Assembly: GCA_011364965.1 (NCBI GenBank)
Contig: RDOB01000001.1
Span: 128,001-192,000 of the forward strand
Origin: Candidatus Heimdallarchaeota archaeon
GTDB taxonomy: Archaea; Asgardarchaeota; Heimdallarchaeia; Hodarchaeales; Hodarchaeaceae
Direction of reading: 5' to 3'
DNA length: 64,000 nt
The notes beneath the pieces were generated by a model. It was not told the origin of the DNA. It saw only the letters and a program-made list of their open reading frames with translations, and searched no databases. How positions within the stretch are numbered: the stretch's first letter is position 1; each line of letters opens with the position of its first letter. This document shows, piece after piece, positions 41,208-51,868 of the stretch. The position numbers were made by a program, and so were the translations under genes.

Positions 41208-42338
41208 CTATCCCACATCTCTCCAAAGGATTCCTAGTTGATCTGCGAAATCTCTACTTTCCTCCAATTCTTCTCTAGAAATCCTTCGATCGAGTAAAGC
41301 ATGATTAGGGTTATCAAGTATCTTATGATCAGGATACCATTGCCCCATGATATTAACGAAAGCTTCAGGAACATTGTTTGCACACCACTCAAGAATGGAA
41401 AAGGTATCTGCTTTTACTCTTTCTGGCATCACAAGATGGCGAACAATCATTTCTGGTTCACCGTAATCATAGGCATATTTTATGTTTCGAGTAATGACCT
41501 CCCAGTAGTTTTTTGCTTTTGTCATTTTCAAAGCGAAATCATTTTCGAAAAATTTGAGATCTGGTAACCAAAAATCCATAATGTCAAGGATTAAATCCAT
41601 CCCCTCTTGACTTGTATACATATTTGAATTCCATAACTGGATTACGTTCTTCTCAAAGTATTTTAAAGATTCAAGTATGGTATGAATGTTAGGTGTGGGA
41701 TCTCCCCCTACCCAATTAATGTTTCTTGCGCCTTCTAGACTCAACTTTGAGATAATTCTAGCAAGCTCAGAAGGGGACACAATTCTACCTTCACGGAAAT
41801 TCTGGATATCTCCCCATTCTTGAGAAATCGACCAGTTCTGGCAAAAAACGCAGCTAAATGTACAACCAGTGAAGAATACAGTACCTGAGGGAATAAGGGG
41901 AGGTTCTTCCCCAATGTGTAAAAAAGCAGATGTGACAATACTCTTATGGTTTAAACGACAAAATCCAATTTTATTAGCACTTCTGTCAACCCTACACCTT
42001 CTTTCGCAAAAATGACAGCTCTTTATGATTTCTGTAGCAATTTTACACTTTAAATCTAAGAAAGAAATGCTGGGGGTGGGAAGAGATCCTAAGGGACTAT
42101 ATTTATCTTTGAGTTGAATCCTCAGGTGGTTAAAATTAACACGACCAGTTTTATGGTATTCCCATAATTGATCTAAATTTTTATTTTCTAAGCTAGATAC
42201 ATTTACAGGAGTTTTTTTGGCAATTAAATATCTAGCATATTCTTTTCCTTTCAAAACTGCTTGATAATGCTTGAAACGGTGTTTGAAAATAGGTTTCTCC
42301 AAAATTGAATCAAAATTTTGTCGAATAAGCCTTAACAT
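41208..42338 (-). CDS. PflX-like radical SAM protein
   Basis: CHFCERRC, GEE, CTFSCVFCQN, VGGDPT, RHLVMP. Confidence 0.85.
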   Translation of the reverse strand: MLRLIRQNFDSILEKPIFKHRFKHYQAVLKGKEYARYLIAKKTPVNVSSLENKNLDQLWEYHKTGRVNFNHLRIQLKDKYSPLGSLPTPSISFLDLKCKIATEIIKSCHFCERRCRVDRSANKIGFCRLNHKSIVTSAFLHIGEEPPLIPSGTVFFTGCTFSCVFCQNWSISQEWGDIQNFREGRIVSPSELARIISKLSLEGARNINWVGGDPTPNIHTILESLKYFEKNVIQLWNSNMYTSQEGMDLILDIMDFWLPDLKFFENDFALKMTKAKNYWEVITRNIKYAYDYGEPEMIVRHLVMPERVKADTFSILEWCANNVPEAFVNIMGQWYPDHKILDNPNHALLDRRISREELEESRDFADQLGILWRDVG

Positions 42339-42507
42339 ATCAAATCAGAAAAACTTAGTAGCATAAGGCTTTATTTATTTTTTCAGAGGAATTTATTAAA
42401 TAAATAATAACACCCATATTTATTGCTAAATTAGATAATCCTTTTATCTTGGGATACAATTCTTTAAATAAAAATAAACTTTCCTTATATAACAGAATGT
42501 GAATTAT

Positions 42508-42732
42508 ATGGCTAAATGTCCTGAATGCGGTGGAGCTGCAAAATGGCAATCACCTTTCTATGTTTGTACAGTCTGCGGACTGGCCCTACGCCGCCGAGAA
42601 TACGAAAGATATCACGATAGACTAAAAGAACAAGTTTTTGAGGCACAAATTGACAAAGAAGAAGATGAATTTAGAAAAAGATCGAAACGACATAAAGATT
42701 ATGAAGATTGGTTTCTTGGATCAAAAAAATAA
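42508..42732 (+). CDS. Small Zn-finger protein
   Basis: CPECGG...YVCTVCGL. Confidence 0.7.
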   Translation: MAKCPECGGAAKWQSPFYVCTVCGLALRRREYERYHDRLKEQVFEAQIDKEEDEFRKRSKRHKDYEDWFLGSKK

Positions 42733-42993
42733 CGCTAGAAAGCAAATTAGACAATCAAAAGAAAGATTAGTAACTCAGGAATAGCTCAAACGCAACTTAA
42801 TCAAGTATCAGAACTTATATTTCATCCCAATATCAAATAATTAGCACACTTTAGGGGATTCGGTTAACCATCACTTGAGATAACAGGTTTAAGCTTTCAA
42901 AAGAACCAAGAGAATAATTAACTTAATGAGTTTTTATTTATAAGGAGAGAAGAGCATTTTTTTACTTGTACATAATACCCATATTGAACTTGA

Positions 42994-43125
42994 GGACTCG
43001 TGGCTCAGCATGGATAGAGCATCTGCCTCCGGATTGCATCTTTCTAATAGCAAGGGGACAGTAGAAGGTCGGGGGTTCAAAATCCAAATCTATGAAGGAT
43101 ATGGAGGAAATTCCCCCCGGGTCCG
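42994..43125 (+). tRNA. tRNA-Arg(CCG) with two introns (37/38: 43033-43059; 59/60: 43082-43111)
   Basis: Cloverleaf restored after removing two BHB-bounded introns; anticodon loop CT-CCG-GA; T loop TTCAAAT. Confidence 0.9.
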
Positions 43126-43397
43126 CTGTTCTAAGCAAATACTTCTTGGCAAAGTTTCCTTATATAGAAAGAGAGGTAAATTAAAAATTATTACATGATT
43201 AAATTTCATATATGAACCAATTTGCAAGTATTTAATTTGTCTGTCAAGTTTCATTATCGATAAAGAGATTTATTTAATGTATAAAAAGAAGATATCACTA
43301 TTGTTGTTTGGATTAAGATTTATTCAAGTTGCCAAAACATCAAGCTGCTCATCAGTATACGAAGAAAAGGAAGGGATAATAAGGAGGATTAGGAATA

Positions 43398-43544
43398 TGG
43401 GTTCGGGGGGAATTTCGTCTAGAACCGCAGAGAGTCTAGATTTCGAACCCCCGAGTTTACGTAATCAAGGAATTTCCTTTTTGGCTTCCTTGAATAACTC
43501 GCGCGCCCCAGGCGCGGATCCTAGCCAAGCTAGACCACGAACCC
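43398..43544 (-). tRNA. tRNA-Pro(GGG) with two non-canonical introns (variable loop ~45/46: 43456-43497; 59/60: 43412-43441)
   Basis: GGGTTCG/CGAACCC acceptor stem; CGCGC-CTGGGGC-GCGCG anticodon arm; intron stems TCAAGGAA/TTCCTTGA and TCTAGA/TCTAGA; 75 nt when spliced. Confidence 0.88.
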
Positions 43545-43751
43545 CAACATTTTTGTTTGTTATTTCAACAAAATTTATGGATTCTTTTTTAATTTGGGGA
43601 TTGATTCATCCTAATCTCTACTATCACCTAAATCATCTTTTTTTAAAAAGTTGTTCTATTTTCGCTCTCGTGTATTATAAACTAAAGAAATTTGAAAGGA
43701 AATTAAACTCCCAAACATTGACGCATGATTTAATGGAGACGATCAAAAAAG

Positions 43752-44858
43752 TTGGAATTTCAGTCCAAAATATTACCAAAACGAGAGACGTCTGTAAAAA
43801 GCGCCCCTAAAATGCAATCACTAGTATTGCTACCAGTTGGATATCCATTGAGAGCAGGTGAGGAACCCGCACCTTTCTTGACAACAGATGATCCCACTTT
43901 GTTTCAACATTATGCTCGAAGTCAATGGACAGGATTAGTGGTCAGAAAAGGGCATTTCCTTTTCGATTCATTACTATTTCCTGATTATGCTTTTCGTGCA
44001 ATTTCTGTTAATCCAGAGGAATCTCAAATAACAAAAGATACGAAAATTAGTTTATTTTCTGAACAAACAACAGAACCTCCAATACATTCCGCGATTATTG
44101 ATATCAAATTTGAAGATGTTATTGGCCAAAAACAAGCAAAAGAAAAATGTCAGATCATTGCGAAATTTTTGAGTAACTCCGATCTCTTAAACTCTTCTTG
44201 GGCCCCAAAAAACATCCTGTTTTGGGGACCTCCGGGAAATGGGAAAACAATGATGGCTCAAGCATTATCCAACGAAACTTCGCATACAATTCTTCTCGTT
44301 AAGGCAACTGACTTATTAGGCATTTATGTTGGTGATGGTGCAAGAAAGATTAGAAATTTATATGCTGAAGCCCGAAAGGAAGCTCCTTCTCTTGTTTTCA
44401 TTGATGAAATTGATGCTATAGGACTAAAACGTAATTTTCAAAGCATTCGAGGGGATGTGGTAGAGTTGGTCAGTGCACTTCTTGGGGAATTAGATGGTAT
44501 TGATAAGAACCAAGGAGTGGTAACAATTGCGTCAACCAATCAACCTCAAATACTTGACTCGGCTATTTTAAATCGATTTGAGGAATTAATTGAATTTAGA
44601 TTGCCAAATAACAAAGAAAGAAAGCAAATTTTGGAATATTATGCCTCTACATCTCCAATCCCTTTCAATAAGATCGATTGGAATACAATCGTTCAAGAAA
44701 CCCAAGATTGGTCTGCCCGTGCTCTTAAAGAAAAAATCATCAAAAATGCCATTCACCAAGCGGTGTTACATGAAAGAGATAGCATTACAACAGAATTAAT
44801 TTGGGAGTGTTTGAAAAAATCTTCTGAGATTACAGAGGCACTTCCGCACTATTCTTAG
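43752..44858 (+). CDS. Archaeal single-module AAA ATPase (COG1223-like)
   Basis: [35 protein letters not shown]. Confidence 0.85.
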   Translation: MEFQSKILPKRETSVKSAPKMQSLVLLPVGYPLRAGEEPAPFLTTDDPTLFQHYARSQWTGLVVRKGHFLFDSLLFPDYAFRAISVNPEESQITKDTKISLFSEQTTEPPIHSAIIDIKFEDVIGQKQAKEKCQIIAKFLSNSDLLNSSWAPKNILFWGPPGNGKTMMAQALSNETSHTILLVKATDLLGIYVGDGARKIRNLYAEARKEAPSLVFIDEIDAIGLKRNFQSIRGDVVELVSALLGELDGIDKNQGVVTIASTNQPQILDSAILNRFEELIEFRLPNNKERKQILEYYASTSPIPFNKIDWNTIVQETQDWSARALKEKIIKNAIHQAVLHERDSITTELIWECLKKSSEITEALPHYS

Positions 44859-44883
44859 TGGAGTTTAATTAAAGGATTTTAAA

Positions 44884-46011
44884 ATGCCAGAGCTAATGGA
44901 AACATCCCCTCGTTTTTTCTTTTTGCTTTCTGGTGAAAATCCAGAACTAGCGGTTTATGAACTTAACTGTGTAATTTCGATTTTTATAGATAACAAGCAT
45001 CTTAAAATATCGACAAATCAGGATAATAGAATTCTCAATATTACATTTTCAACCGAATTTGATAGAAATGCGATACTAGATAATATTAGATTAATAACAC
45101 ACAGAGTAACAATGGTTCACTTTTGCTGTGAAACATTTTTTACCCAAGAGTTTACAAATACGCCATTGGACTTCAATGAGTTGAAAGAAATTATACCTAA
45201 AGAAGTTTTTTTAAATTTAGATTGTAAAAAATCATTTTCTTTTATCACGAAACGAATTGGAGAACCTGTAGGAATTTTTAAACATAGTTGGGTTTCACCT
45301 AAATTCTCAGAGCATTTAGGTCATCTAGTTCAACAGAACTTTCCATCCAAAAAAGTGAAGCTAGATTCCCCTGAGGAACAATATATAGTTCTGCTGAATC
45401 AGAATGGAATTTGGTGTGGGAAAAAAATTTTCCACTCTTTAAGAGACAAGGTGAGACAAAGAACATCACGTAAAAGACCATTCTTCCATCCTAGTTCCAT
45501 GAATCCGATATTACAACGTACTCTTATAAATCTTAGTGCAATAAAAGAAAAAGAATGGTTATTAGACCCATTTTGTGGATCTGGAGGAGCATTACTAGAA
45601 TCTGCGAGATTAGGTATCAAATCTATTGGAATAGAAATTGATAAGCGAATAATCTGGGGTTCACGTCAAAATCTACAATGTGAAACTGAGAGTTTTCCAC
45701 GGACTCATTTAATTTTTGGGGACGCTAAGAGTCTTCCTATTAAAACTGAATCGATATGTGGAGTAGTCACTGATCCCCCTTATGGTACTGCCTCATCAAC
45801 ACAAGGTTTTGATTTGTCGGACTTACTTATAGCCTTTTTTCAAGAAATATCACAAATTTTAGGTTCAGGAAAACGTATTGTTATTGCAGTTCCTGCAGAA
45901 ATAAATATTGAGAACTTAGCAGCAAATATATTAAACGCGTCATTTAGGGTTTTTTATCAATATGTACACAGATCGTTAACACGTAAAATAATAGTATTTA
46001 TTTTAAATTAA
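44884..46011 (+). CDS. THUMP-domain tRNA methyltransferase (Trm11/m2G10-like)
   Basis: LSGE, RPFFHPSSM, DPFCGSG, TDPPYG. Confidence 0.85.
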   Translation: MPELMETSPRFFFLLSGENPELAVYELNCVISIFIDNKHLKISTNQDNRILNITFSTEFDRNAILDNIRLITHRVTMVHFCCETFFTQEFTNTPLDFNELKEIIPKEVFLNLDCKKSFSFITKRIGEPVGIFKHSWVSPKFSEHLGHLVQQNFPSKKVKLDSPEEQYIVLLNQNGIWCGKKIFHSLRDKVRQRTSRKRPFFHPSSMNPILQRTLINLSAIKEKEWLLDPFCGSGGALLESARLGIKSIGIEIDKRIIWGSRQNLQCETESFPRTHLIFGDAKSLPIKTESICGVVTDPPYGTASSTQGFDLSDLLIAFFQEISQILGSGKRIVIAVPAEINIENLAANILNASFRVFYQYVHRSLTRKIIVFILN

Positions 46012-46330
46012 ATAATATTTCCTCAAGATTTATACTGAAATTTCAACATTCTGTATTTGAGTAATTAAGAATTATATTATCATTTCTGTGAATTGAATTC
46101 TTCATATATCAATAAAGAGATATAATAATTGTGGAAAATTTAATCGCGCAAAAAATATTCACAAAACCTAGTCATTTAAAAGAAAGTGAAGATTGATTTA
46201 AATGATAGGAAAGTAGTGAAAAGTGATCCTGAGTGAGCTGACTTAAATATAAGTAAGCCTACCATGATAATTTGCAAAAAATCCTTCATATCAATATTAA
46301 TATCTTATATTAGTTTGCTGGTATGAACAA

Positions 46331-48238
46331 ATGGAAAAATTATTAACTAAAGCAATTGATGTAGATATGGAATTTGAAACTACGCAAGAAATTCCTATTC
46401 CAAGTCGATTGATTGATCAAGTAATCGGGCAGGAAGAAGCTGTTGAGATAATAAAGAAAGCAGCTATTCAACGCCGAAATGTGTTATTAATAGGTGATCC
46501 TGGAACAGGAAAATCAATGTTAGGACAGGCTCTTGCAGAATTATTGCCCAGGGAAGAGCTAGAAGATATTTTATGTCTCCCTAACCAAAATGATAGTCAT
46601 AATCCCCGAATAATGACTGTTCCGACAATGGAAGGCAGAAAAATTGTTGATCATTACAAACAAATTGCTAGAAAAGCTGATCAACAACGAAATATGCTAT
46701 TATTAGGCATTCCAGCCATTGTTATTATAATTGCTCTGGTTTTAAATCTTGATCTATTATTTGCTATCTTTGTTGCTCTTGTTGCGTTCTTTGTTATTGG
46801 TCAATTCCGTGCAAGACGTGAAAATCTAGTTCCGAAGTTGTTGGTAGATAACTCTGAAAGCGCTAGCGCTCCATTTAGTGATGCTACTGGAGCACATGCA
46901 GGAGCTTTATTAGGAGATGTTCGTCATGATCCTTTTCAATCTGGTGGATTAGGAACACCAGCACACGATCGGGTAGAAGCAGGATTAATTCATAAATCAC
47001 ACAAAGGGGTTCTATATATTGACGAAGTAGCTACATTAAATCAGAAAACGCAGCAACAATTGCTAACTGCTATGCAAGATAAACAACTTGCAATAACTGG
47101 GCGATCCGAACTCTCTAGTGGTGCAATGGTTAGAACTGAAGCTGTACCATGTGACTTTGTTTTAGTGGCTTCGGGTAACATCGATACTGTTCGTCGAATG
47201 CATCCAGCTCTGAGATCACGTATCCGAGGATACGGCTATGAAATCGCTGTGAACCATTCAATGCCTGATATTATGGAGAACAGACGGAAAATTGTTAGAT
47301 TTGTTGCTCAAGAAGTTTCGAAAGATGGAAAGATACCTCATTTTTCAAGAACAGCAGTCCTTGCTGTAATTTTGGAAGCAAAAAAGCGTGCAGACAGAAA
47401 AAATCGACTATCATTATATCTGAGAGATCTAGGGGGTCTTATAAGAGCTGCAGGAGATATTGCACGTGAAGAAGGTGTTCCATTTGTTGAACCGCGCCAC
47501 GTATACGGTGCAAGAAATCTCGCACGATCATTGGAAAATCAAATTGCTGATAAGAATATTGAACATAAAAAAGAATACCAAGTAATTCAAACTGCAGGAG
47601 GTATGGTTGGTCGAGTAAATGGCCTTGCAGTGTTAGCTGATCAAACAGGTGGAGCAAGGGGTGGCCATATCACACCAATTGAAGCCCAGGTTACACCTGC
47701 TCAAGGAGCAGGAGGGAAAGTAATTGCTACAGGAAGTCTCCGAGTTATAGCTAGAGAATCAGTTCAAAATGTTTCAGCACTCATTAAGAAATTTACAGGC
47801 AAAGAAATATCAAAAATGGATGTACATATCCAGTTTTTGGGAACACATGGTATAGATGGAGACAGCGCCAGTGTAACAATAGCAACAGCAATTATGAGTG
47901 ATCTGGTGAATCTACCCGTCAGACAAGACTTAGCAATGACAGGATCATTGTCAGTTAGAGGTGAAGTACTTCCAGTAGGAGGCACAACCGCGAAAATCGA
48001 GGGGGCAGCAGCTGTTGGAATAAAAGATGTAATTATTCCTGCTGCAAACAAAGATGATGTTGTCCTTGATGATAAGGTACGTGAGTCAATTAATATTATA
48101 CCAGTAAAAACCCTCGATGAAGTCTTATCTCTTGCGTTAATTGGCTGGGATAAACGAAAAGAAGTGGCAACATTGTCCTCAACTTCTGTGAAAAAAGATG
48201 TTCCGTCAACTATCCCGAGCTCAGGGTTTCCTACATAA
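46331..48238 (+). CDS. lonB: Archaeal membrane-bound Lon protease
   Basis: GDPGTGKS with a TM insertion, RHDPFQSGG, DGDSAS, PVGGTTAK. Confidence 0.97.
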   Translation: MEKLLTKAIDVDMEFETTQEIPIPSRLIDQVIGQEEAVEIIKKAAIQRRNVLLIGDPGTGKSMLGQALAELLPREELEDILCLPNQNDSHNPRIMTVPTMEGRKIVDHYKQIARKADQQRNMLLLGIPAIVIIIALVLNLDLLFAIFVALVAFFVIGQFRARRENLVPKLLVDNSESASAPFSDATGAHAGALLGDVRHDPFQSGGLGTPAHDRVEAGLIHKSHKGVLYIDEVATLNQKTQQQLLTAMQDKQLAITGRSELSSGAMVRTEAVPCDFVLVASGNIDTVRRMHPALRSRIRGYGYEIAVNHSMPDIMENRRKIVRFVAQEVSKDGKIPHFSRTAVLAVILEAKKRADRKNRLSLYLRDLGGLIRAAGDIAREEGVPFVEPRHVYGARNLARSLENQIADKNIEHKKEYQVIQTAGGMVGRVNGLAVLADQTGGARGGHITPIEAQVTPAQGAGGKVIATGSLRVIARESVQNVSALIKKFTGKEISKMDVHIQFLGTHGIDGDSASVTIATAIMSDLVNLPVRQDLAMTGSLSVRGEVLPVGGTTAKIEGAAAVGIKDVIIPAANKDDVVLDDKVRESINIIPVKTLDEVLSLALIGWDKRKEVATLSSTSVKKDVPSTIPSSGFPT

Positions 48239-48329
48239 TCTTCATCTTTTTTTCGTAAAACACAAAAATGAATTGTGATACTACTTGAATATAGGAAAGA
48301 ACATATAATTCTATCCTTAGAATGAAACA

Positions 48330-48434
48330 GGACCCATGGCTTAGCCTGGATAAAGCGACGGCCTTCTAAGTCGTAGATCGGGGGTTCAAAATCCTGATCC
48401 TTGATGGATTCGGATGAAATTCCCCTTGGGTCCG
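48330..48434 (+). tRNA. tRNA-Arg(TCT) with a T-loop intron (59/60: 48391-48420)
   Basis: ACGGC-CTTCTAA-GTCGT anticodon arm; BHB-like TTCA/TGAA helix with AAA and ATT bulges. Confidence 0.9.
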
Positions 48435-48469
48435 CTTTTTTCAGCGCATTGAAAATATTAAAAGAAATT

Positions 48470-48603
48470 GGACTCGTAGCTCAGCATGGATAGAGCACCT
48501 GCCTCCTAATTGATTGTTTCGATACTCTCAAAGAGCAAGCAGGTGGTCGGGGGTTCAAAATCCTGATCCTTGACGGATTCGGATGAAATTCCCCTCGGGT
48601 CCG
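48470..48603 (+). tRNA. tRNA-Arg(CCT) with two introns (37/38: 48509-48537; 59/60: 48560-48589)
   Basis: CCTGC-CTCCTA[intron]A-GCAGG; T-loop intron 29/30 identical to that of the neighbouring tRNA. Confidence 0.9.
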
Positions 48604-48901
48604 CTTTTTTTAAAGCAAATTGTTTGTTAAAGTATCAATTACCAGTTTAAAATCGTTAAAATGGTAAAATTCAGATTAAATTGAGTTGCCAAACTATTTT
48701 TATAATAGGGAGCTAAAATTCCGCGAAAAAACACAATGATCAAATGATCAAAAGGCCTATCACCTTCCTTTCACCAATAATTGTACCTTTAACCATTCAT
48801 TTCTTTTTTGAGAACTTTTTTGTCATATTACGAGAATGATACCTCTTCCTATATTTTTTTGTCGGTTATTTATCACAAGATAAAGAAAGAAGGAAGGTCG
48901 T

Positions 48902-50173
48902 ATGGAATCGATAAAAAACGATATTCTGAACGGAACTGGGTCATTCAAGAATCTGGGGGAATCTAAAAATGAACCTATTTCGTTGTATTCGACATCATCT
49001 CCTAGAATTGATAATGAGATTGCAGATATACTTACTGAAAGACTTCCCCGAGTACAGGTGATTGGTGTGGGAGGTGCTGGTAACAATGCAGTCTATCGTC
49101 TTATGAATACGGAGGTAGACGCTGAATGTGTTGCAGTTAACACAGATGCTCAGCATTTATTATCCACTCGTGCCCATAAAAAGGTATTAATTGGAAAAGA
49201 TACATCTCGCGGTTTTGGAGCAGGAAATAATCCCGAAATAGGTGAGACAGCAGCGAGAGAGTCACTAGATGAGATTAAAAATATGATCCAAGGTAATATG
49301 GTATTTATTACCTGCGGTCTAGGGGGAGGAACTGGAACAGGTGCAGCTCATGTCATCGCAAAGCAAGCAAAAGAAAAAGGAGCTCTCACGGTATCTATTT
49401 GTACTCTTCCTTTTCAAATGGAAGGTGTAAAACGATATGAGAATGCTCGTACTGGTTTGAAAAAACTCTATGAAGCTTCTGATACTGTCATTGTTGTACC
49501 AAATGAAAAGCTCCTCCAAATCTCTGATGATATTACAATGATGGCGGCATTCCGTATTGCTGATGAGGTATTATTACGAGCCGTTAAAGCTATTACAGAG
49601 TTAATTACCAAACCTCAGTTAATCAATCTCGATTTTGCTGATGTGAGGAAGATTTTGACCGAGGGTGGTATGGCTATGATTGGTCTAGGAGAATCAGATC
49701 ATCAACACATGAAGGTTGATGAAGCTGTATTTGAGTCACTTCGAAATCCCCTGCTTGATGATCTGGATATTAGCAGAGCAAAGAAAGGACTAATCTGCGT
49801 CTCTGGAGGCGAAGGGTTAGCTTTAAAAGATGCGGAGGAGGCTGTAATGAAAATAGCAGCTGAAATTGACAACTCAGCAGAAATAATATGGGGAGCTACA
49901 ATTGATCCAGATCTTGGTAATAATATTCGTGTAATAGTTGTCTTGAGCGATGTTCATTCTCCTTTAACAGAGTCGGATGGTCTCTATTATTCTAAAAGTG
50001 ATCTGGAATCACTTCTATCAGATTTAGATTCTCCTTTCTCTGTGATTTCTCCTAAAAAAACTCAAAAACATGAAACAAGAAAGGGTTTTCCTACAGCTCG
50101 GTTTACGATTGAAGAAGAACCTCAAGATCCTGAAAATAAAAAGAATCGAAGAAAGTTTTTTGGATTATTTTAG
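48902..50173 (+). CDS. ftsZ: Cell division protein FtsZ
   Basis: GVGGAGNN, NTDAQ, GLGGGTGTG, NLDFAD. Confidence 0.97.
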   Translation: MESIKNDILNGTGSFKNLGESKNEPISLYSTSSPRIDNEIADILTERLPRVQVIGVGGAGNNAVYRLMNTEVDAECVAVNTDAQHLLSTRAHKKVLIGKDTSRGFGAGNNPEIGETAARESLDEIKNMIQGNMVFITCGLGGGTGTGAAHVIAKQAKEKGALTVSICTLPFQMEGVKRYENARTGLKKLYEASDTVIVVPNEKLLQISDDITMMAAFRIADEVLLRAVKAITELITKPQLINLDFADVRKILTEGGMAMIGLGESDHQHMKVDEAVFESLRNPLLDDLDISRAKKGLICVSGGEGLALKDAEEAVMKIAAEIDNSAEIIWGATIDPDLGNNIRVIVVLSDVHSPLTESDGLYYSKSDLESLLSDLDSPFSVISPKKTQKHETRKGFPTARFTIEEEPQDPENKKNRRKFFGLF

Positions 50174-50198
50174 TATGAGCCTTTTCTTCCTTCTTTCT

Positions 50199-50852
50199 TC
50201 ATTCTAATCCTATTTTTTTAGCTAATGTATCCATTCCCTCACCTGTTTTTGTGCTAGTAGGTATTATTGGCAGCTGGGGGTATAATTCATTAGCCCCAAA
50301 TATGATGGAGTTGACGTTAATTTCCATGATTGATGCGAGGTCAATTTTATTTAAAACTGCCAAGTTACCCATCTTAAAAGTTATTGGGTGTTTTCTAAAA
50401 ACATAGGGCCCTTCAGTCACACTTGTAACAACTAATTTGATACCAGCTCCCACATCTGTTGAGGAAGGACAGATTAAATTTCCTACGTTTTCCACAAATA
50501 TGAAATTAAAATCATTCAGATCGACCGATTTAAGCGCAGTTTCAATTTGAAAAGCAAACAAATGACACCCACGACCTGTATTGATTTGTATACAAGTACT
50601 TCCAAATTGACTAATTCTTTGCGCATCAATATCTGTTGCCAAATCTCCATTAATTACAAGTAATTTTCGAGTATTTTCATATTTCTTTGAAAAATATTCA
50701 AGAATAGACGTTTTCCCAGATCCAACGCTCCCCATTATATCAACCATTGGTATGTTATACTCTTTAAGTTTACTCCGAATGCGTTCGGCAATTTGATCGT
50801 TAGCTTCGGATATCTTCTTATCTATATCAATTCTTAAAACCATAAAACTCAA
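50199..50852 (-). CDS. hypB: Hydrogenase nickel-insertion GTPase HypB
   Basis: GSVGSGKT, NTGRGCHL, ENVGNLICP, NKID. Confidence 0.93.
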   Translation of the reverse strand: MSFMVLRIDIDKKISEANDQIAERIRSKLKEYNIPMVDIMGSVGSGKTSILEYFSKKYENTRKLLVINGDLATDIDAQRISQFGSTCIQINTGRGCHLFAFQIETALKSVDLNDFNFIFVENVGNLICPSSTDVGAGIKLVVTSVTEGPYVFRKHPITFKMGNLAVLNKIDLASIMEINVNSIIFGANELYPQLPIIPTSTKTGEGMDTLAKKIGLE

Positions 50853-50986
50853 TTCCCGGAATTAAGTTATTTAACCGCTATTACTATCATATATTTCATA
50901 GATTGCCAGAAGTTATTAATCCTTCTTTTCTATGAGAGTAACAAAGGTTTTTTAAATTACTATTAGGAGCCTTTGATTGGTTTCTA

Positions 50987-51355
50987 ATGCATGAATTTTC
51001 CTTAGCGCAATCAGTTTTTGATACAATTGTTTCTATTGCTGAAAAACAAAACGTAAAAATGATTAAAAAAGTGATCTTAAAATTTGGTATGTTTGCTCTT
51101 GTTCAAGAAGATCAGTTTAAATTTTGTTTTGATATTGTGAAAAAGGATTCCGAAAAAACTCAAAATACAATTCTTGAGATCAAATGGATTCCAGGTGTTC
51201 TTAGATGTTTAGATTGTCAATTTGAGGGGGAAATAAAAAAAGTCCCACAAGACCATATTGAATTAGCTCCCATTTTTAAGTGTCCAAATTGCGATAGCTT
51301 TTCCACCGAGGTATTGTCCGGAACAGAAACTATTATTGATTCTCTATTAGTTTGA
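50987..51355 (+). CDS. hypA: Hydrogenase nickel chaperone HypA
   Basis: MHEFSLA, two CxxC motifs. Confidence 0.93.
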   Translation: MHEFSLAQSVFDTIVSIAEKQNVKMIKKVILKFGMFALVQEDQFKFCFDIVKKDSEKTQNTILEIKWIPGVLRCLDCQFEGEIKKVPQDHIELAPIFKCPNCDSFSTEVLSGTETIIDSLLV

Positions 51356-51382
51356 AACAAAAATCTGTAATATTTAATTTAG

Positions 51383-51868
51383 TTACCTTACCACGCAATC
51401 AATACGATTGTTCCTTGGGATAAGTGTGCAATGAAAAGCTAAAGAAGATTCATTTGAAAAGACCTCAATATTTTCTCCGTCCCATTGAACCCTAATTATC
51501 TGTCCAATAAATGTATTCTGCTGAACTCTTGGTTCCCCTTGCATAATAATGGCTGAATTGCTTTGTTGATTAACTAAAACGACATTATTTTGGTTTTGTA
51601 TATCCACTATTCGGCCATCAAGAGGATGGGATTCCTCCCTGATCTCAAATCCCTCTGGAATCCATTTAACACGAGTTCGAACACCAACATTTTGCAGTTG
51701 CTGGAATGCAATAATCCGTACTCCAGATAATATGAATCCAACTTTTTGAGTTCTCTTGTTAAAATCTGCACTTTTATATCCAGATACCTGAAATCCTACA
51801 TTATTTTTAGGAGTATCTGGATTCCATAAACACGAAAGACTTTGTACGATTATTTTCTTAGGAGACAA
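51383..51868 (-). CDS. Hypothetical protein (beta-rich)
   Basis: 161-aa ORF with a GAGG RBS; no motif recognised. Confidence 0.55.
   Translation of the reverse strand: MSPKKIIVQSLSCLWNPDTPKNNVGFQVSGYKSADFNKRTQKVGFILSGVRIIAFQQLQNVGVRTRVKWIPEGFEIREESHPLDGRIVDIQNQNNVVLVNQQSNSAIIMQGEPRVQQNTFIGQIIRVQWDGENIEVFSNESSLAFHCTLIPRNNRIDCVVR

Noticed and set aside
43010-43810. ORFs 43010-43198 and 43277-43810
   Set aside because: They are shadows over the intron-containing tRNA-Arg(CCG) and tRNA-Pro(GGG) genes.
48380-48603. Direct repeat that might be a CRISPR unit or an integration (att) site
   Set aside because: It is the shared T arm, intron and acceptor end of two complete tRNA genes; there are no spacers, cas genes or integrase.
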